Shown: positions 18,714 to 27,171 of the stretch, one piece after another | How positions within the stretch are numbered: position 1 is the stretch's first letter | How the letters are laid out: every line of letters begins with the position of its first letter | Source of the DNA: Candidatus Sumerlaeia bacterium | GTDB lineage: Bacteria; Sumerlaeota; Sumerlaeia; SLMS01; JANRJK01 | Assembly (NCBI GenBank): GCA_033764015.1 | Contig: JANRJK010000014.1 | Location: 1-64,000, forward strand | DNA length: 64,000 nt | Direction of reading: 5' to 3' | Notes under the pieces: model-generated | The model's database searches: none | What the model was told of the DNA's origin: nothing | Seen by the model: the letters and a program-made list of their open reading frames with translations, nothing else | Made by a program: the position numbers and the translations under genes

Positions 18714-20468
18714 TCAGTGCCCCATGGCCTGGCGGAGGTAGGCCTTCTCGTCCTCGGAGGCGAACTCGTCCTCCATCGTGACGCGCAGCACCTCCTCGAT
18801 CGTCGAGAGCCCCGCGATCACCTTCTCCCAGCCGTTGAAGCGGATCGGCCTCATGCCCTGCTTGAGCGCCTCGCTCTTGATCTCGTTCGCCGCCGCGCCG
18901 CGGACGATGATGCGGCGCAGGCCCTCGGTCATCTTCACGATCTCCACCAGCGCGGTGCGCCCCCGGTAGCCCGTGTAGCGGCACTCCTCGCAGCCCACCG
19001 GGCGCTTGAAGTCGATGCGCGAGGGCTCGAGGCCGTAGGCCTCGAGGTGCATCGAGAGCGCCTGCTCCGGGCGGTGCGACTGCTTGCAGTTCTGGCACAG
19101 CAGGCGGATGAGGCGCTGCGCGAGGATGCCCTCGACGGAGCTCGCGATCAGGAAGGGCTCGATCCCCATGTCCTCGAGGCGCGTCACCGCGCCGGAGGCG
19201 TCGTTCGTGTGCAGCGTCGAGAACACCAGGTGGCCCGTCAGCGCGGTCTGGATCGTGATCTGCGCGGTTTCCGGGTCGCGCGTCTCGCCCACCATGATCA
19301 CATCCGGGTCCTGGCGCAGGATCGTGCGCAGCACGCGGGCGAAGGTGAGGTTGATCGACGGGTTCACCTGGATCTGCGTGGTGCCCGCGATGCGGTACTC
19401 GATCGGGTCCTCGATCGTGATGATCTTGCGGTCCGCGGAGTTGATCTCGGTGAGGGAGGCGTAGAGCGTGGTGGACTTGCCGGAGCCGGTGGGCCCCGTG
19501 ATGAAGAGGATGCCGTGGGGCTTCGAGATCATCGCGCGCATCAGCCCCTGGTGCGTGTCGTTGAAGCCGAGGCGCTCCAGCGTGCAGAGCTCCGACTCGC
19601 GCGACAGGATGCGGATCGCGATCGATTCGCCGTAGGGCGTGGGGACCGTCGACACGCGGAGGTCGAACTCTCGCCCCCCCATGGAGATCTTGATTTTGCC
19701 GTCCTGCGGCAGGCGGCGCTCGGCGATGTTCAGGTCCGCCATGATCTTCACGCGGCTGATGATGGCGGCCTGGAACCGCTTGATCGCCGGCGGGATCGGC
19801 GCCTCGTAGAGCATGCCGTCGATGCGGTAGCGGATGCGCAGCTCCTTGTCGAGCGGCTCGATATGGATGTCCGTCGCGCGGTCGCGGAACGCCTCCTGCA
19901 CCACCTGGTTCACGAACTTCACGATCGAGGCGTCCTGCGCCATGTCCTCGATGTTGATGTTCGAGTCGATGACGACCTCGTTCTCGCCGCGCCGGTCCGC
20001 CTCCTCCTGAAGGTTCGTCATCGTGGCGCCGCCGATGCCGTAGATGCGGTTGTACGCCTTGTCGATCTCCGGCTGCGAGGCGACGACGGGCTCGACCTCG
20101 CGCTGCAGCAGGCGCCGCAGCTCGTCCAGCGTGTCCATGTCGAGCGGGTCCGCCAGCGCCACGCGGATCGAATCGCCGTCGTCGGCGATGGGCACCGTGC
20201 GGAAGTGCTCCGCCATCGGCGCGGGGATCAGCTCGACCAGGTCCGGGTCCGGCCGCAGGTCGCCGAGCTTCATGTACGGGATGCGCATGCTTTCGGCGAA
20301 CGCCTCGAGCAGCGCCTCCTCGTCGCAGAGCGCCATGCGCGACACCACCTGGTCGAGCCGCGTGTTGTTCTTGCGCGACTCCGCGAGCGCGACCTCGAGC
20401 GTTTCGAGGTCCACGAGCTGGCGGCGGACGAGGATTTCGGCGAGGTTGTCGGTGGAGGTCTGGATCAT
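18714..20468 (-). CDS. gspE: Type II secretion assembly ATPase E (GspE/PilB) with N-terminal MshEN-like domain
   Basis: ATDIHIEP, RLPQDG, Walker A GPTGSGKSTT, TIEDPIE, LRQDPDVIMVGE, TLHTND, CxxC...CxxC. Confidence 0.96.
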   Translation of the reverse strand: MIQTSTDNLAEILVRRQLVDLETLEVALAESRKNNTRLDQVVSRMALCDEEALLEAFAESMRIPYMKLGDLRPDPDLVELIPAPMAEHFRTVPIADDGDSIRVALADPLDMDTLDELRRLLQREVEPVVASQPEIDKAYNRIYGIGGATMTNLQEEADRRGENEVVIDSNINIEDMAQDASIVKFVNQVVQEAFRDRATDIHIEPLDKELRIRYRIDGMLYEAPIPPAIKRFQAAIISRVKIMADLNIAERRLPQDGKIKISMGGREFDLRVSTVPTPYGESIAIRILSRESELCTLERLGFNDTHQGLMRAMISKPHGILFITGPTGSGKSTTLYASLTEINSADRKIITIEDPIEYRIAGTTQIQVNPSINLTFARVLRTILRQDPDVIMVGETRDPETAQITIQTALTGHLVFSTLHTNDASGAVTRLEDMGIEPFLIASSVEGILAQRLIRLLCQNCKQSHRPEQALSMHLEAYGLEPSRIDFKRPVGCEECRYTGYRGRTALVEIVKMTEGLRRIIVRGAAANEIKSEALKQGMRPIRFNGWEKVIAGLSTIEEVLRVTMEDEFASEDEKAYLRQAMGH

Positions 20469-20621
20469 CGGGCGGATGCCTCGGCGGGTCGGCCTCCGCG
20501 GGGCGGACCGCGGGGTTGCGATACTGGCACCGCGGAGGGGCGGCTCGGCAAGGGGGAGATGCCCCGGAGCCCGCGTGCCGGGGTCGGCGACGCAAGGGGC
20601 GGTCCGGTTTGGCGGGTGCGG

Positions 20622-22772
20622 CTAGTACGCCGGCTGCTCGAGCTTCTCGACCGGCCACAACCCCTTGTTGCCCGTGTGGGGAACGCAGATACCCACGGGT
20701 TCCCAGACGAAGATCTTTCCGGACTTGAGCCGGTTCCCGACCGCGGCAGCCTCGCCCGGTGTCGCCGCCACGGTGACCGGCCACTCGATCAGCGGCTTGT
20801 GCCAGAGGTTGCTGAGCCACGCCCTGTCTCCGCGCAGCACGTCGATCTCAAGCCAATGGCGCCCGGTCCGAAGGCCCGCGGGCACCGTCAGCGAGTAGCG
20901 CAGCACCAGCGAATCCCCCGGATTGATCCGCCCGGGAAGCGCCATCCGCGGGCCCTCCCAATCCACCACCGCGTGCGACTCATCGCGCCAGTGGCACGCC
21001 AAAACGTCGCCGAACTCTTCGCCAAGCGGGGCGGTGCCCACGTTCGTGATGCGGACGGGGAACTCGATCCGTCCGCCCGGCGGCACCGGTGCCTCGAGTG
21101 CGCGCCGCACTTCCTGGTTGTTACCGGCTCCGAGCCACGCGGCGAACTCCACATGCTCCACCCGGAGGGGGCCCTCGTATGCGTTCGGCCCCCGCTCGCC
21201 GAACCAAGTCACGTTCTCGTGAACCATGTCGACCTTCAGTACCAAGTCGCCGCTGTAGCGGATCGGGGAAATCGGGAGTTCCAACTCGATTTCGCCGCCG
21301 GGAGGAACCGCGCGGGGAATCGGGATGTGGAGACCCTCGGTGATGATCTCCTTGCGCTTCGTGAATAAACGGTAACTGATCGAGACGTGATTGCGGCCAC
21401 TCACAGACTGCGGTTCCCAGCGGAACTTGCCGCTGTTCCGCACTCGAGCCTTGATGACTCCTCCAGCATCGCCATTGACAACTTCGGGAACAGCCAGAGC
21501 AACCCACTCGCAAGAATAAACGGTGGAGTTCTCGCCCTCGACCCAATTGCATGACGCCCGGCGACAGCTGCCCCAATAGTCGCCGCTCGTCAAGCTGCGG
21601 CGGAGATCGCGGTACTTCTCGCCGTTCCAAATTTGCTCCACCGACTGCTTGCGAAGATCACCCATGACCTCGCCCGAGAAACAACACGGATACACGAGGC
21701 CGTCGGACTTGATGTGCATATGCGTCCATGGGTTGCCGCAGGTGCGCGGAGGCGCGTCGTTCGGGGTCGGGTGGGGGACACTCGCGGGGGCGCCGGAGGA
21801 AAGCGGCTTCGGCACCATATGCAACGCTCGGTCCGCGGCCTTAGTCGCCCCGAGCCGGAAGGCATTCGCCCAAGTACCGCCAGCTTCCTTCCAATGCTTT
21901 TCACTACGATATAGGACCTGCCTGTCGAGCAGCGCACGGATCCGATCCACTATCGAGGAATGCCGCTCAGATCCGGAACGGATGCCTGATTTATCTGATG
22001 TTGTACCTACAAAAGGGGGATTGTCAAAGTTCGTTCGAACTCGCAGCTCCATGGCAAGATCATGACCAATTCGATACATCTCCGCGGTACGGCTCTTGTC
22101 GTGTACAAGAGACATGTACTCCATTTCCTCTTCATCCACATACAAATTGTGCTGATACTTGAGGCTGTCAAAACCGAACCGGTGCGCCATCCTGACGAAT
22201 TCCGGAATCTCATGTATATTTAGCGTTGACCCTACGACGCAAAGATTCACCTTAGGATTCTGCGAACCCATTTGCCGCTTCACACGCTGCAGCAGTTCGA
22301 TCTTCTCAAGAAGCGCCTCCCACTTGCCGCCCTTTCGGATCTTTTCGTAGGTATCTTTGGAGGCCCCGTCGATTGATGCGTTCACGTACGCCACGCCGGA
22401 TGAAACCAGCGTCTTTGCCATCCCTTCATCCAGCAGGAGCAGATTCGTGAAAAAGCCCATCTCCAAACCAGCACCTTCGTCGATCGCATTGAAGAGCTTC
22501 GGCAGGTCCGGAAACAGCAGGGGCTCTCCAAAGGACGATACGATGATATCTTGTGTAAAGGGAAGAACATCACGCACCACGGTCTCCAAGATATCGCCCT
22601 CAAGATCATCCCCCTTGCCGTGATACTTATCCCGTGAACACATGATGCAGGCAAGATTGCACTTAGTGGTCACCTCGAGTTGGATCGAGTACGGGCGCGA
22701 TTCGAGTACCTCGCGCCGTTGGCGCATTTCCAATGTGTTGAGCAGACGGTTTGATCGGGCTGGGTGCTTCAT
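20622..22772 (-). CDS. Radical SAM / SPASM-twitch protein with two C-terminal Ig-like domains
   Basis: CNLACIMC; CGNPW...DGLVYPCC...IWNG; two (V/I)xNxG...W...PG...L..D....W repeats. Confidence 0.85.
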   Translation of the reverse strand: MKHPARSNRLLNTLEMRQRREVLESRPYSIQLEVTTKCNLACIMCSRDKYHGKGDDLEGDILETVVRDVLPFTQDIIVSSFGEPLLFPDLPKLFNAIDEGAGLEMGFFTNLLLLDEGMAKTLVSSGVAYVNASIDGASKDTYEKIRKGGKWEALLEKIELLQRVKRQMGSQNPKVNLCVVGSTLNIHEIPEFVRMAHRFGFDSLKYQHNLYVDEEEMEYMSLVHDKSRTAEMYRIGHDLAMELRVRTNFDNPPFVGTTSDKSGIRSGSERHSSIVDRIRALLDRQVLYRSEKHWKEAGGTWANAFRLGATKAADRALHMVPKPLSSGAPASVPHPTPNDAPPRTCGNPWTHMHIKSDGLVYPCCFSGEVMGDLRKQSVEQIWNGEKYRDLRRSLTSGDYWGSCRRASCNWVEGENSTVYSCEWVALAVPEVVNGDAGGVIKARVRNSGKFRWEPQSVSGRNHVSISYRLFTKRKEIITEGLHIPIPRAVPPGGEIELELPISPIRYSGDLVLKVDMVHENVTWFGERGPNAYEGPLRVEHVEFAAWLGAGNNQEVRRALEAPVPPGGRIEFPVRITNVGTAPLGEEFGDVLACHWRDESHAVVDWEGPRMALPGRINPGDSLVLRYSLTVPAGLRTGRHWLEIDVLRGDRAWLSNLWHKPLIEWPVTVAATPGEAAAVGNRLKSGKIFVWEPVGICVPHTGNKGLWPVEKLEQPAY

Positions 22773-22967
22773 TCGGGCGATCAGGTCCCCAATTTGGTTG
22801 CAGTCTTGAGTGATTCTTAAGCGACGCTCGCAGTATCCTGAGAAGATCGACTAGTAATTGGCGTGTCAAGGCGAAACGTGACGATACCGGTCTTGACGCG
22901 ATTTCGGTTGCCCCGGTTGGATTGACGGTGTACCGCTCCTCCCCACCATTTGCCAAGGACCAGTCCG

Positions 22968-25900
22968 ATGACTCGCGTCGCACTCGCATGCCTAGCGCTC
23001 CTTTGCTCCACTGTGGCCGCTCGAGCGGTTCCGCTGAACTCACGCGTCGGCAGCAGCGGTGGGACGTTCAGCCTTTGCGGGGACTCTGTTTACACGGGGG
23101 GGGTGTTCCTGAACGGGGATACGGTGATAGATGGCTGCGGAGCAGTGATCGAATTGAGCGCGGGCCAGAACATCGGCGTGGCGAGCGGTCGCCGTCTCAC
23201 GCTCTCGAACGCCACGGTGCGGGGCGGTGATGCGATGATCGCCCTTGCGGGGGCGATCATCCAAGCGACCAATGTCACATTCGAAAACACGGCTCAAGTA
23301 ATATATAGTGAACCGGGGTCTACCGTCGAGCTGACGAATTGCCTCATTACTGGAAGTTCGGCTTTCAACGGCTCCTTCCAGAATTCCACCGTCAACTTCA
23401 CTAATGTAAGTATTTCCAACGGTCCTCGTGTTAACGTGCAGGGCACAAGCTCCGCATTCGTCTGGAACGGTGGGACCTTCGCGGCAGGAAACGATGTTGG
23501 GGTTTTCTGTTTCCAAAGCCCCACCGTCAATGTGTCGAATGTAACTATTAGCAACCGCACGGTAGCCATTGATGCGCAGCAGTTTGGCCGGGTTGATGTC
23601 TCTGGAGTGACGGTTCTGAATTGCACGAGCGGCATGCAGTTTCAGAATTCTAGTGCTGGAATCGTCACCATATTGGACTCGACAATTGATGGCTCTGGCC
23701 TATCCACCTCGAGCGTTCTAGACGGGGTGTTGTTTTCGAACATCGGTTCGGGAGTCGAACCCCTGCAAGTGGGACGCGTTGAGATTCGAGGCATGCGGTC
23801 TGGGCTAGTAGCCTCGGATGTTGCTTCACTAACGGTCTATGATTCCCAGCTCTTTGGAAGCAATAAGAACCAACTTAACTTCACAAGAACCGGTTCCGCT
23901 TTCTTGACCAACTGCTCATTGGAGGGAGCATCGGTCCGAGGACAGATCAATGTTCAAGACTTTGACATTCTATTCGCCCGGAACTCCTCGTTTTCCGTAA
24001 GGGATTGTCTCTTCATCGATTCTCCAGATAATGGAATTCTAGCATTTGAATGTGACTTCAGCGTTGTCCGGTGCTTCTTTGCTGGATCACGGATCAACAA
24101 CCTTGCGGCCACGAAGGACGACGCTCCAGGGGCCAACACCGGCTCCACGGCCGTCATCTCCGACAGCACGTTCTTGAACGGTTACTTTCAGGACGTCCGG
24201 CAGGACCAGTTCAGTTCGATGACCGTCACACGCAGCCTGATGGGGCAGACATCCTCACGTGTCGCTTTTCCATCCTCCGGGGCTTCTTCCGCCTTGGAGA
24301 CCTACCAGGGCACCGCCTTTCAGTCCTACTCATCCGACTTCTCGTTTGTGTCGAACTTCATTTCCCAACCGACGGAGTATGGTATGCAAGTTGTCGCGGC
24401 GCCAGGCGCAGCGGCCATGACGCAGGGGAATAGCTTAACTCGTTTTTCAATGATCCAAGCGCGGAAGACTGGAAACATCACGGAAGATGCTATCCTCTAC
24501 ATTCGTGCCGGCAGCCAGAACCGCTTCCGGGACAATCATGTGTACGACATTCCGTCGGGCGAACGCCGGTGCATGCTCACCTCGGATCAGACTCGATTCA
24601 CAGAGTTTGCAGGGAACTGGCTTGGCGCAAACTCGGCGGAAATCGGATTGCGCTACAATTCTCTGAGTGGGAATCCTACCAATGCGTCCAGTAATTACTG
24701 GGGCTCTTCGACGGGACCAACTGGAGTATCAGGGGGAACCGGATCCGTCGTGTCTGCGGCGGTTTCGGGGAACCTATCGGTGACGCCGTTCTTGACCCAG
24801 CCACCGTTGTTAAGTGCAACGAGCGTGCTTCCGGTTTCCGCGACAGGAGATGGAGCGGTGGTGATTTCCACAAGCGATCTCTCGGCTGCCATAACGATTG
24901 ACGGAGAGCCATTGGTTAAGCCTTCCACTGGTGCGTCAGGGCCTTACGACGCGCTCGTTGCCTTGACCACTTACAGGGCGGATGCCCCGCTTACAATAGG
25001 TGTTCCAACGTTGCAGCCCGGCTCGTTGAGACGTAACGCAAACCTGTGGCTCGATACGCGACTTGCTCTCTCCCTGCCGCCGAGCAGCGGCCATCTCTGG
25101 CTGGACTTTGCCGTTCCAAATGACGCAACAATCTTTGGCTCTGGAACTGTGTACTGGCAAACCGAGTCTGGTCTCCAGATATTGCATTCGACAGAGGTTG
25201 TTTCGGGATCGCCCGATCGAATTCGCTTCCGGTTCGAAGGTAGAAACAAGTTTCCAACGACTTCGATGGTAGTGGATTTTGTCCCGGGTCCACCGTGTTC
25301 CTTCCTCACAACACCAACTTCGTTGGACTTTCCGGCCCTCGGCGGTGCGCTGGAAGTCTCTGTTGACGCAAGCAGCGTGGGATGTTCTTGGAGTGTTGAA
25401 GAATCTCTGGATTGGGTCTCTGTCGCAACGAACATGGGAAGCGGAGACGGTACTGTCTCCGTGACGGCCGAGCCAAATGGCAGCCTCACCCCTCGATCCG
25501 GTTCAATCACCGTGGGCGGGAATGCGGTCAGTGTTTCGCAATCTGGTATCGCACCACCTCCGGATGATTCCTTCGAGCCCAACAACAACCTCAGCGCGGC
25601 GCGCTCGCGTCCGTCGCTGCCGACCGGCACCACGTCCAGCTTGGTTTCCCTCAACGAGGATTGGTACCGCCTGCCGAACGCGTCCTGCGGCACGTTGCGC
25701 GTCACGGTGAACTTCACCCATGCGAACGGCAACCTGAACGCGGAACTTTACGACGGCCGCTGCACCGATTCGAGCGGCTTCCCGCTGCGCCTCGCGGAAA
25801 GCTACTCGACCACCAACCAGGAGACATTCACCTACGTGGACCGCTCCGGTGTCGGAACGGAGCTCTTCCTGCGGATCTACGGCGAGGGCGGGGCGACCAA

Positions 25901-26381
25901 CCCGTCGTACTCGGTGACCATCGCGGAACTCGGCGCCGACGACGCGCTCGAACCGAACAATTCGCCGTGCCAGTTCACGTCGATCAACCTCGGCCAGACG
26001 TACAACGACCTGATCCTGAAGGACGACGACTTCTATCTGGTGAACACCACCGGGCTTTCGTCGATCAACGTGCGGATGGAGGCGAACAAGCTCTCCGGCC
26101 AGCTCTACTTCATGGTGCTGGCGGTCGATCCGGGCTGCGGCTACGATATCCTGTTCGGCAACTTCACGCCGAACCTCGACGTGAACGAGTCGCTGAACAT
26201 CCCGACCGGCGGGCGCTCTCAGTTGCTCGTCCGCGTCTACGGCGCGACACGCGGCACGAACACGTACAACCTGCGGGTCTCGGCGGGCGCGCGCTCGGCG
26301 GACGCGGAGGACGAATCGATCCCCGCCGCCACGCCGACGCCGCTGCCGTCGCCAACGCCGACGCCGGCGCCGGCAAGGTAG
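22968..26381 (+). CDS. Large secreted surface protein: right-handed beta-helix, BACON, two pre-peptidase-C-like modules, PT-rich tail
   Basis: Signal peptide; S/N/G-rich beta-helix repeats ending NYWGSSTGP; BACON-type CSWSV..DWVSV..RSGSITVGG; DDSFEPNN..EDWY and DDALEPNN..DDFY. Confidence 0.75.
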   Translation: MTRVALACLALLCSTVAARAVPLNSRVGSSGGTFSLCGDSVYTGGVFLNGDTVIDGCGAVIELSAGQNIGVASGRRLTLSNATVRGGDAMIALAGAIIQATNVTFENTAQVIYSEPGSTVELTNCLITGSSAFNGSFQNSTVNFTNVSISNGPRVNVQGTSSAFVWNGGTFAAGNDVGVFCFQSPTVNVSNVTISNRTVAIDAQQFGRVDVSGVTVLNCTSGMQFQNSSAGIVTILDSTIDGSGLSTSSVLDGVLFSNIGSGVEPLQVGRVEIRGMRSGLVASDVASLTVYDSQLFGSNKNQLNFTRTGSAFLTNCSLEGASVRGQINVQDFDILFARNSSFSVRDCLFIDSPDNGILAFECDFSVVRCFFAGSRINNLAATKDDAPGANTGSTAVISDSTFLNGYFQDVRQDQFSSMTVTRSLMGQTSSRVAFPSSGASSALETYQGTAFQSYSSDFSFVSNFISQPTEYGMQVVAAPGAAAMTQGNSLTRFSMIQARKTGNITEDAILYIRAGSQNRFRDNHVYDIPSGERRCMLTSDQTRFTEFAGNWLGANSAEIGLRYNSLSGNPTNASSNYWGSSTGPTGVSGGTGSVVSAAVSGNLSVTPFLTQPPLLSATSVLPVSATGDGAVVISTSDLSAAITIDGEPLVKPSTGASGPYDALVALTTYRADAPLTIGVPTLQPGSLRRNANLWLDTRLALSLPPSSGHLWLDFAVPNDATIFGSGTVYWQTESGLQILHSTEVVSGSPDRIRFRFEGRNKFPTTSMVVDFVPGPPCSFLTTPTSLDFPALGGALEVSVDASSVGCSWSVEESLDWVSVATNMGSGDGTVSVTAEPNGSLTPRSGSITVGGNAVSVSQSGIAPPPDDSFEPNNNLSAARSRPSLPTGTTSSLVSLNEDWYRLPNASCGTLRVTVNFTHANGNLNAELYDGRCTDSSGFPLRLAESYSTTNQETFTYVDRSGVGTELFLRIYGEGGATNPSYSVTIAELGADDALEPNNSPCQFTSINLGQTYNDLILKDDDFYLVNTTGLSSINVRMEANKLSGQLYFMVLAVDPGCGYDILFGNFTPNLDVNESLNIPTGGRSQLLVRVYGATRGTNTYNLRVSAGARSADAEDESIPAATPTPLPSPTPTPAPAR

Positions 26382-26407
26382 CGCGGGAGCAACAACGCGG
26401 TACGACA

Positions 26408-26445
26408 CGGGCTCCGGGAGGCGACTCCCGGAGCCCGCTTCGCTT
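26408..26445 (+). terminator. Probable intrinsic terminator hairpin
   Basis: Perfect 13-bp stem CGGGCTCCGGGAG / CTCCCGGAGCCCG with GCGA tetraloop shortly after the stop; weak U-tail. Confidence 0.65.
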
Positions 26446-26526
26446 CCGCCCCCCGAATCGACTTGAGGCAGACTCGCCGCCGCGGGGAAAATCCCGCCAG
26501 CAAATCGATCCAAGGACGACCGGACA

Positions 26527-27168
26527 ATGGAAGCGAACGCCCCCAAGAGCGTCATGCAGCGCCTGAAGGAAGAGACCTGGGACCTCCACATGCTGGCGGA
26601 GAAGGGCGAGCTGGAGCAGCACATGATCCGCGGCACGCTCCCCAAGGAAATGTACGTCAAGACGCTCGGCCAGCGCTACTTCCTGCACAAGACGCTGGAC
26701 GAGCTGCTGCAGGCGCACCGGCCGCACCACCCGGCGCTGCAGCGCGTGGTGCGCGACTCGCACTTCCACACGCCGCGCGTGGTCGCGGACCTCGCGTTCT
26801 TCGGCGTGGATGCGGCGACCCTCGAGCCGCTCCCCGCCAGCAAGCGCGTGATGGACAAGATGCGCGAGGTCGCCGCGAAGGATCCGAACCTCCTCCTCGG
26901 CATGCAGTACGTCATGGAGGGCAGCACGAACGGCGCGAAGTTCATCGCCAAGGCTCTGCGCAAGGCGTACGGCCTCGAGGGCGAGGACGGCACGCGGCTG
27001 CTCGATCCCTACGGCGAATCGCAGCGCGAGCAGTGGGGCGGCTTCATCGGCGCGATGAACTCGATCATCTTCTCGCAGGAGGAGGCGGACGGCCTGGTGG
27101 ATCTGGCGCGGGCCACCTTCCGCTTCATGATCGAGCTGGACGAGGAGCTGTTCGCCCGCGCGGCGTAG
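26527..27168 (+). CDS. Biliverdin-producing heme oxygenase
   Basis: LKEETWDLH (proximal His), ADLAFF, YVMEGSTNGA distal helix motif. Confidence 0.88.
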   Translation: MEANAPKSVMQRLKEETWDLHMLAEKGELEQHMIRGTLPKEMYVKTLGQRYFLHKTLDELLQAHRPHHPALQRVVRDSHFHTPRVVADLAFFGVDAATLEPLPASKRVMDKMREVAAKDPNLLLGMQYVMEGSTNGAKFIAKALRKAYGLEGEDGTRLLDPYGESQREQWGGFIGAMNSIIFSQEEADGLVDLARATFRFMIELDEELFARAA

Positions 27169-27171
27169 GGC

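Noticed and set aside
17604..21368. Very long antisense/alternate-frame ORFs (e.g. 1254 aa here; also 7552-10047, 53269-55980, 46848-48848)
   Set aside because: Shadow ORFs expected in high-GC DNA; they overlap well-supported genes and carry no recognisable motifs.
23096..23103. G8 tract near the 5' end of the surface protein as a phase-variation switch (other G8 runs at ~1865, ~52832, ~57166)
   Set aside because: Eight G's are not exceptional at this GC content and the frame is intact; read-level length variation would be needed.
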